From an uncultured Flavobacteriaceae bacterium (lineage in GTDB: Bacteria; Bacteroidota; Bacteroidia; Flavobacteriales; Flavobacteriaceae), in assembly GCA_965363545.1 (NCBI GenBank), contig CBDTUD010000011.1:2434-66433 (forward strand): 64,000 nucleotides of DNA, in the 5' to 3' direction. The notes beneath the pieces were generated by a model. That model was not told where the DNA came from. It saw only the letters and a program-made list of their open reading frames with translations, and did not search any database. The translations under genes and the position numbers were made by a program. Of the stretch, positions 28,708 to 39,874 are shown piece by piece (the first letter of the stretch is position 1; each line of letters starts with the position of its first letter).

Positions 28708-29922
28708 CTAAGCAGAAACCTCTTGTCGCAACATCACTTTTTTGATGGCTTTTGCCAGTATTTTTGTTCCTTTTTGGATGGTGTTTTTTGGCATATTTGA
28801 AAAAGAAAGTCTAATTCTATCATCTTTCACATTTGCCGGATCAAAAGTTCGTCCGGTAACGAAAACGACTCCTTCTTTTACACCTTCGTTAAAAACATCT
28901 GTAGAATTAATCTTTTCAGGCAACTTTAACCATACATAAAAACCTCCTTTAGGCTCATTCCATGTCACTTCTGTTGGCATGTATTTTTCAAGACTTTTCT
29001 GCAATATTTTTTTTCTGTCAAAATATTCATTTCTTAAAAATTTTAAATAGGATTCTAACTTGTTTTGCTCGACAAACTCATTCGCCAATATTTGCATAAA
29101 ATTAGACGTGCAAGCATCTAAAGATTGCTTCACAGTTTCCGCTTTTTCAAATATTTCTGGAGAAGCAAGCATATAGCCCAATCGAAATCCCGGACCTAAT
29201 ATTTTAGAAAAGGAGCCTGTATAAATAATCTCAACATCTTTCACATCAAAAGATTTCATCGGTTTGGTGAGATATTTATCTTCTTCCTTAAAATACAAAT
29301 CGCTGTACGCATCATCTTCAATTAAAATAATTCCGGTTCCTGCTAAAACTTCCAATAGTTCTTTTTTGCGTTGCAAACTGTAAATTATTCCTGCAGGATT
29401 ATGAAAATTAGGCGTTATATATAAAAACTTAGGTTTCTTTTTTAAGCTTGCCAATTTTTCTTTTAAATCTTTAATAATTATTCCATCTTTATCAATCGGA
29501 ATTCCATGAATCTCAGCGCCATTAGTTTCGAAAACGGATAAGGCGCCAACGAAAGAAGGGTTTTCCGTAAAAATTACATCTCCCTCATTTACAAATTCTT
29601 GCGTAATAATACTGATGGCTTGTAAAGAACCTGTGGTAATTAAAATTTTGTTTTTTTCTACCGGAAGTTCCTTTTTTTTCAAATAATTCTCCAAAGTTTT
29701 AACCAATGGAGGATAACCAGAAGTTGGACCATATTGAAAACATAATTGCTTTAAACTTAATGGTAAATCTTCAAAAATTTCTTCAATTTGACGTACAGGA
29801 AACAAATCATTATTAGGCATTCCTCCTGCAAAAGAAATCAAAATTTTTCCCGAAGATTGTTGCATCAATCTTTTTATATCTTCTGCATGCTTCGAATTTA
29901 CCGCCCTTGAAAACTCATACAT
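28708..29922 (-). CDS. PLP-dependent aminotransferase, class I/II fold
   Basis: 404 aa with the PLP-lysine motif SFSKILGPGFRLGY. Confidence 0.85.
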   Translation of the reverse strand: MYEFSRAVNSKHAEDIKRLMQQSSGKILISFAGGMPNNDLFPVRQIEEIFEDLPLSLKQLCFQYGPTSGYPPLVKTLENYLKKKELPVEKNKILITTGSLQAISIITQEFVNEGDVIFTENPSFVGALSVFETNGAEIHGIPIDKDGIIIKDLKEKLASLKKKPKFLYITPNFHNPAGIIYSLQRKKELLEVLAGTGIILIEDDAYSDLYFKEEDKYLTKPMKSFDVKDVEIIYTGSFSKILGPGFRLGYMLASPEIFEKAETVKQSLDACTSNFMQILANEFVEQNKLESYLKFLRNEYFDRKKILQKSLEKYMPTEVTWNEPKGGFYVWLKLPEKINSTDVFNEGVKEGVVFVTGRTFDPANVKDDRIRLSFSNMPKNTIQKGTKILAKAIKKVMLRQEVSA

Positions 29923-30041
29923 TGTAGTGATTGTTTAAGTTAATTCAAAATAACGAAATTTTGTTCGTTAAAACCTTGACATATATCAGCATTAAGCCCA
30001 TTTTTTTTGTTTTCCTTTACGGGAAGAAATTGAGCTCCATC

Positions 30042-32102
30042 ATGTTACACAAAAATTTGTTACAACCTAAAAGCATCGCAGTAATTGGCGGATCGGATAA
30101 TTTGGAAAGTCCAGGTGGTAGGGTTTTAAAAAACTTAATCGATCATCATTTTAAGGGTGAAATATTTGTTGTTAACCCTAAAAAAGAAGAAGTTCAGGGT
30201 GTAAAATCCTATTCAAATGTTACTGAAATTCCAAAAGTAGATTTGGCAATTATTGCAGTAGCTGCAAAATATATTGTAGAGATAGTAACAGTTCTGACAG
30301 AACAAAAAAACACCAAAGGTTTTATTATTTTTTCTGCCGGATTTAGTGAAAAAGATACGCAAGGCGCAGAACTTGAAAAACAGATTGCCAACTTAATTTC
30401 GAATTCCGGAGGCAGTCTTTTAGGCCCTAATAATATTGGTTTAATAAACACAAATTTTGCTGGTGTATTCACAACACCCATTCCGAAATTAGATAAAAAT
30501 GGTGTAGATTTTATATCAGGTTCCGGTGCAACCGCAGTTTTTATTTTGGAAGCTTCTGCAAGTATCGGACTCACATTTTCGAGTGTTTATACCGTTGGAA
30601 ACAGTACGCAAATCGGAGTGGAAGAAATTTTAGAGCATTTAGATGCTACATTTCATCCAAAAGAAAGTGCTAAAGTCAAAATGCTCTATATCGAAAGTAT
30701 AAAAAATCCGATTAAATTCTTAAAACATACTACTTCACTTATCCAAAAAGGATGCAAAATAGTAGCGGTAAAAGCAGGCTACACAGAAGCTGGAAATCGA
30801 GCAGCTTCTTCACATACCGGAGCTTTAGCTAATTCGGATGTATTCGTCGATGCCTTATTTCAAAAAGCGGGTATCATACGTTGTTATGGGAGAAATGAAT
30901 TAATAACGGTTGCAGGGGTTTTAATGCAAAAAGAAGCCAAAGGAAAAAACTTTGCGATTATTACACATGCCGGTGGACCAGCAGTAATGCTAACCGATGT
31001 TTTATCAAAAAATAAGTTAAGTGTTCCTAAATTAGAAGGAGAATACACTAAACATTTATTATCGGAATTATTTGATGGGTCTTCGGTATCCAACCCCATT
31101 GATTTTTTAGCAACAGGAACGGCAAAACAGCTAGAAATTATTATCGATTACTGCGAAAATAAATTCGAGAATATAGATGCCATGATCGTGATTTTTGGGA
31201 GTCCGGGATTACGTTCTGTCTTTGATGTTTATGATGTAATCGATAAAAAAATTAGAATGTGTAAAAAACCTATTTATGCTATTTTACCCTCAATTGTAAA
31301 TGTAAAAGAAGAGATTGCCGGTTTTATCACACAAGGCAATATCGCCTTTCAAGATGAAGTTCTATTCGGTGAAGCTCTGGCAAAAGTATACAACCAACCT
31401 AAAACGGAAGAATTAAAAAACAATTCATTTCCTGTCGACAAAAATGCCATTCGGAATATTATAAATACTAGTACAAACGGTTATTTACCCGAAGAATTAG
31501 CCTTTGAAATTTTACGAGCTGCGCAAATAAATGTTGTTCCGCAATTTGAGGTAAGCACTAAAAAAGAGCTCTTAAAAGTTGCTAAAAAAATTACGTATCC
31601 GGTGGTCCAAAAAGTAGTTGGCCCATTACATAAGTCAGATATTGGGGGCGTGATTTTAAATGTAAAATCAGAATTAGAAGTCATTGAGAATTTTGACAAA
31701 TTAATGCAACTAAAAGAAGCTACTGCAGTTCGTATGCAACCTATGCAAAAAGGGATAGAATTGTTCATCGGTGCAAAAAAAGAAGACAACTACCCTCCCA
31801 TTATTTTATGCGGATTAGGTGGGATTTTTGTTGAAATATTGAAAGATATTCAAGTAGGAATGATCTCAATATCGAAAAAGGAGGCTTTAAGAATGATTGA
31901 AAATTTAAAGGCTTTTCCAATTTTAAAAGGCATTCGTGGTCAAGAAGGAATTTCTATAAATTCTTTTGTAGAAAACATTTTAAAAGTTGCAGCATTGTTA
32001 GAAATCGCTCCGGAAATAGCAGAATTAGATATCAATCCGTTAATCGCAACAACAAATGAAATTGTAGCCGTAGATGTGAGAATTCGGATAGAAAAAAACT
32101 AA
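30042..32102 (+). CDS. ADP-forming acyl-CoA synthetase (acetate--CoA ligase family; fused CoA-binding, ligase-CoA and ATP-grasp domains)
   Basis: Contains PKSIAVIGGS, the phosphohistidine region SHTGALA and a C-terminal ATP-grasp domain. I prefer the ATG at 30042; the ORF-track start at 29931 adds a non-homologous hydrophobic leader inside the divergent promoter region. Confidence 0.85.
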   Translation: MLHKNLLQPKSIAVIGGSDNLESPGGRVLKNLIDHHFKGEIFVVNPKKEEVQGVKSYSNVTEIPKVDLAIIAVAAKYIVEIVTVLTEQKNTKGFIIFSAGFSEKDTQGAELEKQIANLISNSGGSLLGPNNIGLINTNFAGVFTTPIPKLDKNGVDFISGSGATAVFILEASASIGLTFSSVYTVGNSTQIGVEEILEHLDATFHPKESAKVKMLYIESIKNPIKFLKHTTSLIQKGCKIVAVKAGYTEAGNRAASSHTGALANSDVFVDALFQKAGIIRCYGRNELITVAGVLMQKEAKGKNFAIITHAGGPAVMLTDVLSKNKLSVPKLEGEYTKHLLSELFDGSSVSNPIDFLATGTAKQLEIIIDYCENKFENIDAMIVIFGSPGLRSVFDVYDVIDKKIRMCKKPIYAILPSIVNVKEEIAGFITQGNIAFQDEVLFGEALAKVYNQPKTEELKNNSFPVDKNAIRNIINTSTNGYLPEELAFEILRAAQINVVPQFEVSTKKELLKVAKKITYPVVQKVVGPLHKSDIGGVILNVKSELEVIENFDKLMQLKEATAVRMQPMQKGIELFIGAKKEDNYPPIILCGLGGIFVEILKDIQVGMISISKKEALRMIENLKAFPILKGIRGQEGISINSFVENILKVAALLEIAPEIAELDINPLIATTNEIVAVDVRIRIEKN

Positions 32103-33214
32103 AACTCCACCACTTCTCCTCTTCCTAAAGAAGAATCGCTACCGATATAAAAATTACATTTTTTTGGAATAATCCGTTTAGAAATGGATTCCAATTCTTT
32201 CTTTTGAAACTCTTGAATAATTTGTTTAACAGATAAAAAATCAGCATCAAAAATGATTTGAAAAAAATCAGTTTTATCTGGTATTGTCTTATACATTTCG
32301 AAAATGTTTGTTTGCGTAGATTTTCTCAGCCTATCTAAGGTTTGTCTATTTTCACCGATATAAATAATTGTTCCTGTTTTTAATCTCTTCTGCCCTACTT
32401 CTTTACTATTCAATGACTTGTATATAATAATTGATTTAAAAACTATTTTTGAAATGCACTTAAAAAACCAATTTATTTGAAAGTGTTTTTCATAAAAAAG
32501 TTGCATTGCACCATAAAAATTCGTGAGGTAGGAAATATCTTTATTGGTGCTTTCCCCTTTGTAATGAACAATTGTTGATCCTCCATAATAAAAGTTATCA
32601 TACCCCTTTTTCAACAATTTATAACTCAAATCTACATCTTCACCGTACATAAAATAATCCTCATCGAAACCACCAATATCGCTATAAACTTGTCGCTTCA
32701 TGAGCATAAATGCTCCAGTCAAAATAGGTACTTTAGAAATATCTTTTTCTCCCAACTGAACTGCATAATAATTTTTAGTGATTCCTCTTAACTTTTGGTT
32801 GGCAACTTTTACCGTTGGAACATTCCGTTTACTTTCGGGCAAAAACTTACCAGTTCCATCGATCATGAGAACTCCTAAAGCGCCAAGATTTTTTTGCTCT
32901 TCCGCAAAAGCGATAACCAGATCTAAAGTGTCTTCTGCTAAAAGCGTATCTGGATTTAAAATCAAAACAAATTCTCCATTAGCCTTTTGTATACCTTGAT
33001 TGTTCGCTCTGGCGAATCCGATATTTTCTTTATTGACAATTAGCTGCACTTTCGGGAATTTATCGGAAATCATAGCACAACTCCCATCGGAAGAATTATT
33101 ATCAACCACGATTATTTCATGTGAAATACTTTTAGTCGCTGCGGCAACGCTTTGCAAGCACTGCTCCAAAAAATAGCGAACATTATAATTTAAAATGATT
33201 ATGGAAAGCTTCAC
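32099..33214 (-). CDS. Glycosyltransferase family 2
   Basis: Contains SIIILNYN, VVDNNSSDGS and FMYGEDVDL (the DxD/ED region). Its stop overlaps the convergent upstream gene by 4 nt. Confidence 0.85.
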   Translation of the reverse strand: MKLSIIILNYNVRYFLEQCLQSVAAATKSISHEIIVVDNNSSDGSCAMISDKFPKVQLIVNKENIGFARANNQGIQKANGEFVLILNPDTLLAEDTLDLVIAFAEEQKNLGALGVLMIDGTGKFLPESKRNVPTVKVANQKLRGITKNYYAVQLGEKDISKVPILTGAFMLMKRQVYSDIGGFDEDYFMYGEDVDLSYKLLKKGYDNFYYGGSTIVHYKGESTNKDISYLTNFYGAMQLFYEKHFQINWFFKCISKIVFKSIIIYKSLNSKEVGQKRLKTGTIIYIGENRQTLDRLRKSTQTNIFEMYKTIPDKTDFFQIIFDADFLSVKQIIQEFQKKELESISKRIIPKKCNFYIGSDSSLGRGEVVEF

Positions 33215-33351
33215 GAAAAATATTTTGATAAAATTAAGGCTAAATTTTGCAAAAGAAAAATACCAAATTAATTTTTATTTAGAGATTGAATTCTCTTTAT
33301 TGTTATCAAGATTTACTAATTTTAAACCTATAATTTCAAATCAAAATAGTA

Positions 33352-34344
33352 ATGACATATTCTGCAAATTCTAAACGATACGAAACCATGAAATACAACC
33401 GATGTGGCAATAGTGGCATTCTTTTACCTTTGATTTCACTTGGTTTGTGGCATAACTTTGGCGGTGTCGACACCTTTGAAAATAGTAAAAAAATGGTGTG
33501 TAGAGCCTTTGATTTGGGTATTACTCATTTTGATTTGGCGAATAATTATGGGCCACCTCCCGGATCTGCAGAAGAAACTTTTGGCAAAATTTTAAAAACA
33601 GAATTACACAATTATCGTGATGAGATGATCATAACATCAAAAGCCGGATACACGATGTGGGACGGACCTTATGGTGATTGGGGGTCAAAAAAATATCTAA
33701 TTTCAAGTTGTGATCAAAGTTTGAAAAGAATGGGAGTAGATTACGTCGATATTTTTTACAGTCATCGCCCAGATCCGAGCACTCCTATTGAAGAAACTAT
33801 GGGCGCTTTAGACCATATCGTTCGCTCTGGCAAAGCACTTTATGCAGGAATTTCAAACTATAATGCTGAGGAATCGCAAGAGGCTTTTTCTGTTTTAAAG
33901 TCCTTAGGCACACCATGTTTGGTGCACCAGCCAAAATATAATATGTTCACAAGAGATGTGGAAGAAGGTTTGTTGGATGTTTTAGAAGAAAATGGCGTTG
34001 GCGCAGTAGCATTCAGCCCTTTATTTCAAGGTGTTTTAACCGATAAATATTTAAACGGGATTCCGGAAGGCTCTCGTGCTGCTCTTTCACACGGATTTTT
34101 ACAAGCAAGCCAATTGACACCTAAAGTCTTGAGTAAAGTAAAAAAATTGAATATTATCGCACAAGACCGCGGTCAAAAAATGTCGCAATTAGCTTTGGCA
34201 TGGGTCTTACGAGATAAGAGAATTACTTCGGTAATAGTCGGAGCAAGTAAAGTTTCTCAAATCGAAGATGCCGTTGGAATTCAAGCTAACTTAGAATTGA
34301 GTGCGACAGAGTTGAATGAAATAGAAAAAATCTTGCAAAGTTGA
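33352..34344 (+). CDS. Aldo/keto reductase, YghZ/Gpr-like (L-glyceraldehyde-3-phosphate reductase type)
   Basis: Long colinear similarity to E. coli YghZ as I recall it (GLWHNFG, ITHFDLANNYGPPPGSAEE, AGYTMWDGPYGDWGS). Confidence 0.85.
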   Translation: MTYSANSKRYETMKYNRCGNSGILLPLISLGLWHNFGGVDTFENSKKMVCRAFDLGITHFDLANNYGPPPGSAEETFGKILKTELHNYRDEMIITSKAGYTMWDGPYGDWGSKKYLISSCDQSLKRMGVDYVDIFYSHRPDPSTPIEETMGALDHIVRSGKALYAGISNYNAEESQEAFSVLKSLGTPCLVHQPKYNMFTRDVEEGLLDVLEENGVGAVAFSPLFQGVLTDKYLNGIPEGSRAALSHGFLQASQLTPKVLSKVKKLNIIAQDRGQKMSQLALAWVLRDKRITSVIVGASKVSQIEDAVGIQANLELSATELNEIEKILQS

Positions 34345-34363
34345 TTTTTACTTAAAATTTGAA

Positions 34364-34981
34364 TTAATTTTTTAAACTATTCTCAAACGGCACGCGATTG
34401 ACGATGCTTCGACCAAGAGTCACTTCATCAGTGTATTCTAATTCGTCACCAACAGAAATTCCTCTGGCGATGGTAGAAAGTTGCACTTCTAAACCTTGTA
34501 GTTGACGATAAATATAGAAGTTTGTCGTATCACCTTCCATAGTTGAACTCAGTGCGAAAATTATCTCTTTTACCGAGCCGTTTCTCACTTTTTCAACCAA
34601 ACTTTCGATGGTTAAATTATGCGGCCCAACTCCCTCCATAGGAGAAATTTTTCCTCCTAAAACATGGTAATGCCCTTTAAATTGCGAGGTGTTTTCAATG
34701 GCCATCACGTCGCGAATATCTTCAACAACACAAATTATTTCACCACTTCGCTTTGGATTAGAACATATTTCACAAATTACAACATCTGAAATATTATGGC
34801 AGTTAGCACATAATTTTATATCATTTCTGAAACTTTGCAAGGCATTTGCCAAATGTCCTGTTTGTTCTTTTGGCTGTTTTAACAAATGCAAAACCAAACG
34901 CAATGCTGTACGCTTACCAATTCCAGGAAACTGTGACATTTCATTCACCGCATTTTCCAATAATTTTGAAGAAAAATCCAT
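34364..34981 (-). CDS. recR: Recombination protein RecR
   Basis: Helix-hairpin-helix PGIGKRTA, Cys4 zinc finger CANCHN...CEIC and a Toprim domain. Confidence 0.92.
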   Translation of the reverse strand: MDFSSKLLENAVNEMSQFPGIGKRTALRLVLHLLKQPKEQTGHLANALQSFRNDIKLCANCHNISDVVICEICSNPKRSGEIICVVEDIRDVMAIENTSQFKGHYHVLGGKISPMEGVGPHNLTIESLVEKVRNGSVKEIIFALSSTMEGDTTNFYIYRQLQGLEVQLSTIARGISVGDELEYTDEVTLGRSIVNRVPFENSLKN

Positions 34982-34999
34982 GCCGCAAATGTACGTTTT

Positions 35000-36112
35000 T
35001 TACACTTTTATAAAAATCTTCTTTTTGTATAAAATATGTGCAATGACATAATAAAAAAGAATCACCAAAATAGCATAAATCAACGAACTCAATTTAGGTA
35101 TTGTAATTACCGATGATAGTGCTTCGTACAAACAACCGTGTAGAGATTGACCATTAGAAAGCTTGATCAAACCAAAACATTTAGATGTAAAACTCGATAA
35201 AAAGTAAACGGTTATAGCATTAGATCCAAAAATAATGGCTGGTTTTCCCCATGTTTGTTTTCCTAAAACATCAGCAACATAAAAGATTACTGCATACATC
35301 ATACAAGCCCAACCTCCGGTAACTAAAACAAAACTGCTCGTCCATAATGCTTTATTTAAAGGAAAACTCAAATTCCATAAATAACCCAATCCTAAACTAA
35401 GCAAACCAATAATCAAAAAATAAACTAATTTTTGATGCTTAGAAATTCCTTTTTTTAATAAAATAATTCCTAAAAACATACCAAAAATAGAAGTTGCAAT
35501 AGAAGGCAAAGTGCTCAATATTCCTTCAGGGTCGTACAAAGTTTTCCACATATGATCCACCGTTAACAATTTCAAATCAACAACAGAACCCAAATTAGAT
35601 TCCGCAGTTAATAAAGGCATTTCTCCATTTATTGGCACTTGTGTCATCAGAAACCAATATGAAGCTAGAATAGCAACAAAAATACCCAACAAAACTTTCC
35701 AATTACAATGTAAAAAAAGCAGAGAAGCAATAAAAAAAACTACACCTATTCTTTGTAAAACTCCAGGAATTCGCAATCCGGAAAGATCTTTTATAAATGG
35801 AAAACTCAATTGAAAAGCAGCCAGAAATAAGCCTAAAAAAATAAGTTTTAAAGTTCTTGAAATAATTTTTTTATAAACATCAGATCCCACTCCCATTGCT
35901 TTCTTTTTCGAATAGGCAAAAGTTATAGACATACCGACAATAAACAGAAAAAACGGAAAAATCAAATCCGTTGGTGTTAACCCATGCCATTCAGCATGCA
36001 AAAAAAGAGCATAAACTTGGCTCCAAGTTCCGGGATTATTAACTAAAATCATTGCTGCAATAGTTAGTCCACGAAAAATATCAACAGAAATAATGCGCAC
36101 TTTCGTCCTCAT
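35000..36112 (-). CDS. Polytopic membrane acyltransferase-like protein (HGSNAT / DUF1624-DUF5009 type)
   Basis: N-terminal RIISVDIFRGLTIAAMILVNNPG pattern and ~10 TM helices. Confidence 0.7.
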   Translation of the reverse strand: MRTKVRIISVDIFRGLTIAAMILVNNPGTWSQVYALFLHAEWHGLTPTDLIFPFFLFIVGMSITFAYSKKKAMGVGSDVYKKIISRTLKLIFLGLFLAAFQLSFPFIKDLSGLRIPGVLQRIGVVFFIASLLFLHCNWKVLLGIFVAILASYWFLMTQVPINGEMPLLTAESNLGSVVDLKLLTVDHMWKTLYDPEGILSTLPSIATSIFGMFLGIILLKKGISKHQKLVYFLIIGLLSLGLGYLWNLSFPLNKALWTSSFVLVTGGWACMMYAVIFYVADVLGKQTWGKPAIIFGSNAITVYFLSSFTSKCFGLIKLSNGQSLHGCLYEALSSVITIPKLSSLIYAILVILFYYVIAHILYKKKIFIKV

Positions 36113-36225
36113 AAATTTGATTTGATTTTTGGTTGAAGATTTATAGGTTTAAAAGTATAAATCTATACATTTTTTTGTTTATTTACATAAAATACCAGCC
36201 AGTATTTGGCAACTTAATTTACCCT

Positions 36226-37686
36226 ATGCAGCCTTTTGCTTTACTTTTTGTCATAATTATTTATTTTGCCATTTTGATTTTCATTTCTTTTCTTACCGGA
36301 AAAGATGATAGCAATAGCACTTTTTTTAAAGCTAACAAAAAATCGCCTTGGTATGTCGTTGCATTTGGCATGATAGGAGCCTCACTTTCTGGTGTTACTT
36401 TTATTTCCGTTCCCGGATGGGTGCAAAGCACTCAATTTAGTTATATGCAAATTGTTTTGGGTTATTTTTTGGGTTATATTATCATTGCTACTGTTTTATT
36501 ACCCTTATATTATCGCTTAAATATTACTTCCATTTATGAATATTTACGGCAGCGTTTTGGTAAAACAAGCCACAAAACGGGCGCATTTTTCTTTTTGGTT
36601 TCCCGAATTTTAATCGCCTCCTTTCGTTTATTTTTGGTCGCCAGTGTTTTGCAATATTTCATTTTCAATGCATGGAAAATTCCTTTCGAAGTCACGGTAA
36701 TTCTTTCCGTATTATTCATTTGGTTATACACTTTTAGAAGCGGAATTAAAACAATAGTCTGGACAGACACCTTGCAAACATTCTTTATGCTATTCTCTGT
36801 AATTGCCTCTATTTTTATCATAATGAAACAGTTAAATTATTCCTTTACAGAAACAATAGCAACAGAAAATTTTAAAAAATATAGCCAGATTCTTTTTACA
36901 GATGATATTAACGATAAAAAACATTTTCTTAAATCTGTTTTGGGAGGTATGTTTATTACCATTGCCATGACAGGTTTAGACCAAGATAACATGCAAAAAA
37001 ATCTTACCTGCAAAAATGTAAAAGAAGCAAAATGGAACGTTATTTCTTTAGGTGTAGTATTACTTTTTGTAAATATGATTTTTCTGTTTTTAGGCGCTTT
37101 ATTATTCATGTATGCCGAAAAATATCAAATCCATATTCCGGAAGTTGCAGGAAAAATAAAAACCGATTTATTATATCCTGAAATTGCTTTGAACGGAAAT
37201 TTAGGCACACCCATCGCGATTCTATTTATTCTTGGATTAATTGCTGCTGCCTATTCGAGTGCCGATAGTGCTTTAACTTCGCTCACAACTTCATTCAGTA
37301 TCGACTTTTTAGATATTGAAAAAAAAGAAGAAAACAAACAAAAAATAATACGTAAAAAGGTACACATTGGTATTTCTGTTGTTTTGATTATTGTTATAAT
37401 TTTATTCCGCTACGTGCTAAAAGACAATGTAATTGGCAATTTGCTACAAGTTGCATCTTATACTTATGGACCACTATTAGGCCTTTTTGCTTTTGGAATT
37501 TTCACGAAATATCAAATCAAAGACCAGCATGTTTGGTGGATTGCATTACTCTCGGTAATTTTTACCTATATCCTTAATCAAAATTCACAGCAATGGTTTC
37601 ACGGATTTGTTTTTGGTTATGAAATATTAATTTTTAACGGATTATTTACGTTTATCGGCTTGTTTTTTATCCGGAAACAAAAATGA
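36226..37686 (+). CDS. Sodium:solute symporter family transporter
   Basis: 12-13 TM helices with an SSS-like layout. I prefer the ATG at 36226 over 36133, which would add an implausible leader. Confidence 0.8.
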   Translation: MQPFALLFVIIIYFAILIFISFLTGKDDSNSTFFKANKKSPWYVVAFGMIGASLSGVTFISVPGWVQSTQFSYMQIVLGYFLGYIIIATVLLPLYYRLNITSIYEYLRQRFGKTSHKTGAFFFLVSRILIASFRLFLVASVLQYFIFNAWKIPFEVTVILSVLFIWLYTFRSGIKTIVWTDTLQTFFMLFSVIASIFIIMKQLNYSFTETIATENFKKYSQILFTDDINDKKHFLKSVLGGMFITIAMTGLDQDNMQKNLTCKNVKEAKWNVISLGVVLLFVNMIFLFLGALLFMYAEKYQIHIPEVAGKIKTDLLYPEIALNGNLGTPIAILFILGLIAAAYSSADSALTSLTTSFSIDFLDIEKKEENKQKIIRKKVHIGISVVLIIVIILFRYVLKDNVIGNLLQVASYTYGPLLGLFAFGIFTKYQIKDQHVWWIALLSVIFTYILNQNSQQWFHGFVFGYEILIFNGLFTFIGLFFIRKQK

Positions 37687-37738
37687 TTTAAATTTTAAAA
37701 ACTTTTGTTTAATTATATATTACAGCTATTTTTGATCT

Positions 37739-38386
37739 ATGGAAAAAGATTTAGGCGATTATAGAAAAACCTACAAAAAGGATGAGCTTCTAGAGCAAAA
37801 TGTTCCAGAAAATCCTATGGAATTATTTCAGAAATGGTTTTATGAAGTAGATGCTTACGATACCACTGAAGAGACTAACGCCATGACAATTTCAACGATT
37901 GGTTTAGATAATTTTCCTAAAAGCAGAATAGTATTGCTCAAACGTTTTACTTGGGAAGGCTTTATTTTTTATACCAATTACGACAGCGAAAAAGGCAAAG
38001 CAATTAACGAGAATCCAAATGTTTGCCTCTCTTTTTTCTGGCACTCTATTGAGCGTCAAATTATCATAAAAGGTGTTGCCGAAAAAATTGCAGACAATTT
38101 ATCGGACGGATATTTTGAATCAAGACCTGACGGCAGCAAATTGGGCGCTTGGGCATCTGATCAAAGTCAAGTGATTAACTCTCGTGCTAGCTTAGATCAA
38201 AAACTAAAGAACTTCGAAGAAAAATTTAAAAATTCAGAGATTCCTCGACCACCAAATTGGGGCGGTTTTATAGTGAAACCAATTTCTATAGAATTTTGGC
38301 AAGGAAGACCAAATAGAATGCATGATCGAATCAGATATAGCCTGCAAGAAGATTACAATTGGAAAATGGAACGATTAGAACCCTAA
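37739..38386 (+). CDS. pdxH: Pyridoxamine 5'-phosphate oxidase
   Basis: Contains RIVLLK, IEFWQGRPNRMHDRIRY and a C-terminal RLEP. Confidence 0.92.
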   Translation: MEKDLGDYRKTYKKDELLEQNVPENPMELFQKWFYEVDAYDTTEETNAMTISTIGLDNFPKSRIVLLKRFTWEGFIFYTNYDSEKGKAINENPNVCLSFFWHSIERQIIIKGVAEKIADNLSDGYFESRPDGSKLGAWASDQSQVINSRASLDQKLKNFEEKFKNSEIPRPPNWGGFIVKPISIEFWQGRPNRMHDRIRYSLQEDYNWKMERLEP

Positions 38387-38479
38387 ATTTATTAAATTGT
38401 GATCTTAATTTAATAGCACCTTTAGAAAAAAAACATATATTTGAACAGTATATAAATCAAACAATTTACGCTACAATAA

Positions 38480-38974
38480 ATGAAAACCCTTTATATCGTG
38501 CGCCATGCGAAATCATCATGGGAATACGAAGGAATCAAAGATATTGATCGACCTTTAAAAAAAAGAGGAATTGATGACGCTTACTTAGTTTCGTCAGTTT
38601 TAGCAAAACGAATTCAGAAACCTTCTGTATTTATTTCAAGTAGCGCCAACAGAGCTTTGCATACAGCGATGATTTTTAGCTATAGTTTTAATTATGCATT
38701 GGCAAACCTTAGAATAAGCAAATCTTTATACAATTTTAGTGATGGTTACTTAATTAAAACTGTAAAAGCGCTTGACGATAGTTTTGATTCTGCGATAATT
38801 TTTAGTCATGATCACGGTATAAATGATTTCGTGAATAAATTTGGTGACAAATTCGTAAAACACGTTCCAACTTGTGGAGTTATTGGCATCCAATTTAATA
38901 CAGATCATTGGAAGGATATAAAAACAGGTAAAACCTTATTTACGGAATTTCCAAAGGATAATAAAAAGAAATAA
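38480..38974 (+). CDS. Histidine phosphatase superfamily protein (SixA-like)
   Basis: Catalytic RHA motif in LYIVRHAKS and a downstream SHDH region. Confidence 0.75.
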   Translation: MKTLYIVRHAKSSWEYEGIKDIDRPLKKRGIDDAYLVSSVLAKRIQKPSVFISSSANRALHTAMIFSYSFNYALANLRISKSLYNFSDGYLIKTVKALDDSFDSAIIFSHDHGINDFVNKFGDKFVKHVPTCGVIGIQFNTDHWKDIKTGKTLFTEFPKDNKKK

Positions 38975-38977
38975 ATT

Positions 38978-39874
38978 TTGAAATTACATAAGTACGCTGC
39001 GATAGATATAGGTTCAAACGGTGTTAGATTGCTCATCGCTAACGTGATAGTTTTTAAAAAGAAAGAGGCCTTATTTAAAAAATCATCTTTGATTCGTGTT
39101 CCAATTCGTTTGGGTGAAGATGTTTTTATGCAAGGAATTATTTCTGAAAATAATAAAATTCGAATGACAGATGCCATGAAAGCCTATCAATTACTCATGA
39201 AGGTTTATGGAGTCGAACGATTCAAAGCTTGTGCCACTTCTGCCATGCGAGAAGCCGAAAATAGTGCTGAAATCGTTGCTTATATTTATGAGCATTCCGG
39301 AGTCAAAATTGATGTTATCGACGGAGAAAAAGAAGCTGAAATTATTTCTTCCACAGATTTACGCCAATTAATAAAAAATGATAAATCCTATTTATATGTA
39401 GATGTAGGTGGTGGTAGTACGGAATTTACTTTTTTCTCGAAAGGAGAAATTATAGAATCACGTTCTTTTCCGTTAGGAACTGTTCGTTTACTAGATAAAA
39501 AAGTAGATGATCAAGTTTGGGAAGATGCGAAAAAATGGGTAAAGAAAAGAAGTAAAGATTTCAAAAAACTTTCCTTAATAGGATCTGGTGGAAATATCAA
39601 TAAGATTTATAAAATGTCTGGCAAGCTCCCAGGAAAATCACTGTCTTTTGTTTATTTAAATTCCTACTACAATTTTTTAAGTCAAATGACTTACAATCAA
39701 AGAATTACAGAACTTGATTTAAACCCTGATCGTGCTGATGTAATTATTCCGGCAACGAAGATCTATCTCTCTGCCATGAAATGGAGTGATGCTGCCAAAA
39801 TTTATGTGCCTAAAATTGGTTTATCCGATGGTATTATCAAAAGCCTTTATATGGGTAAATTCGACGAAGAATAA
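38978..39874 (+). CDS. Ppx/GppA family phosphatase (exopolyphosphatase-like, short form)
   Basis: Contains AAIDIGSNGVRLLI and VDVGGGSTEF (ASKHA fold). TTG start 3 nt after the upstream stop. Confidence 0.8.
   Translation: MKLHKYAAIDIGSNGVRLLIANVIVFKKKEALFKKSSLIRVPIRLGEDVFMQGIISENNKIRMTDAMKAYQLLMKVYGVERFKACATSAMREAENSAEIVAYIYEHSGVKIDVIDGEKEAEIISSTDLRQLIKNDKSYLYVDVGGGSTEFTFFSKGEIIESRSFPLGTVRLLDKKVDDQVWEDAKKWVKKRSKDFKKLSLIGSGGNINKIYKMSGKLPGKSLSFVYLNSYYNFLSQMTYNQRITELDLNPDRADVIIPATKIYLSAMKWSDAAKIYVPKIGLSDGIIKSLYMGKFDEE

Noticed and set aside
29931-30041. The N-terminal extensions suggested by the ORF track for the acyl-CoA synthetase. The same issue arises at 36133-36225 for the symporter, 26389-26415 for iorA, 44088-44108 for MscS, 59981-60001 for gldK and 48869-48943 for the Cys-rich mini-protein.
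   Set aside because: - The extensions add sequence that does not fit the family N-termini.
- Several start at TTG (26389, 44108, 60001) and fall in promoter regions or overlap divergent genes.
- In each case an internal ATG restores the expected N-terminus.
38359-38547. 62-aa ORF bridging the pdxH end and the start of the histidine phosphatase gene.
   Set aside because: It overlaps both flanking real genes in other frames, and the translation has no recognisable features.
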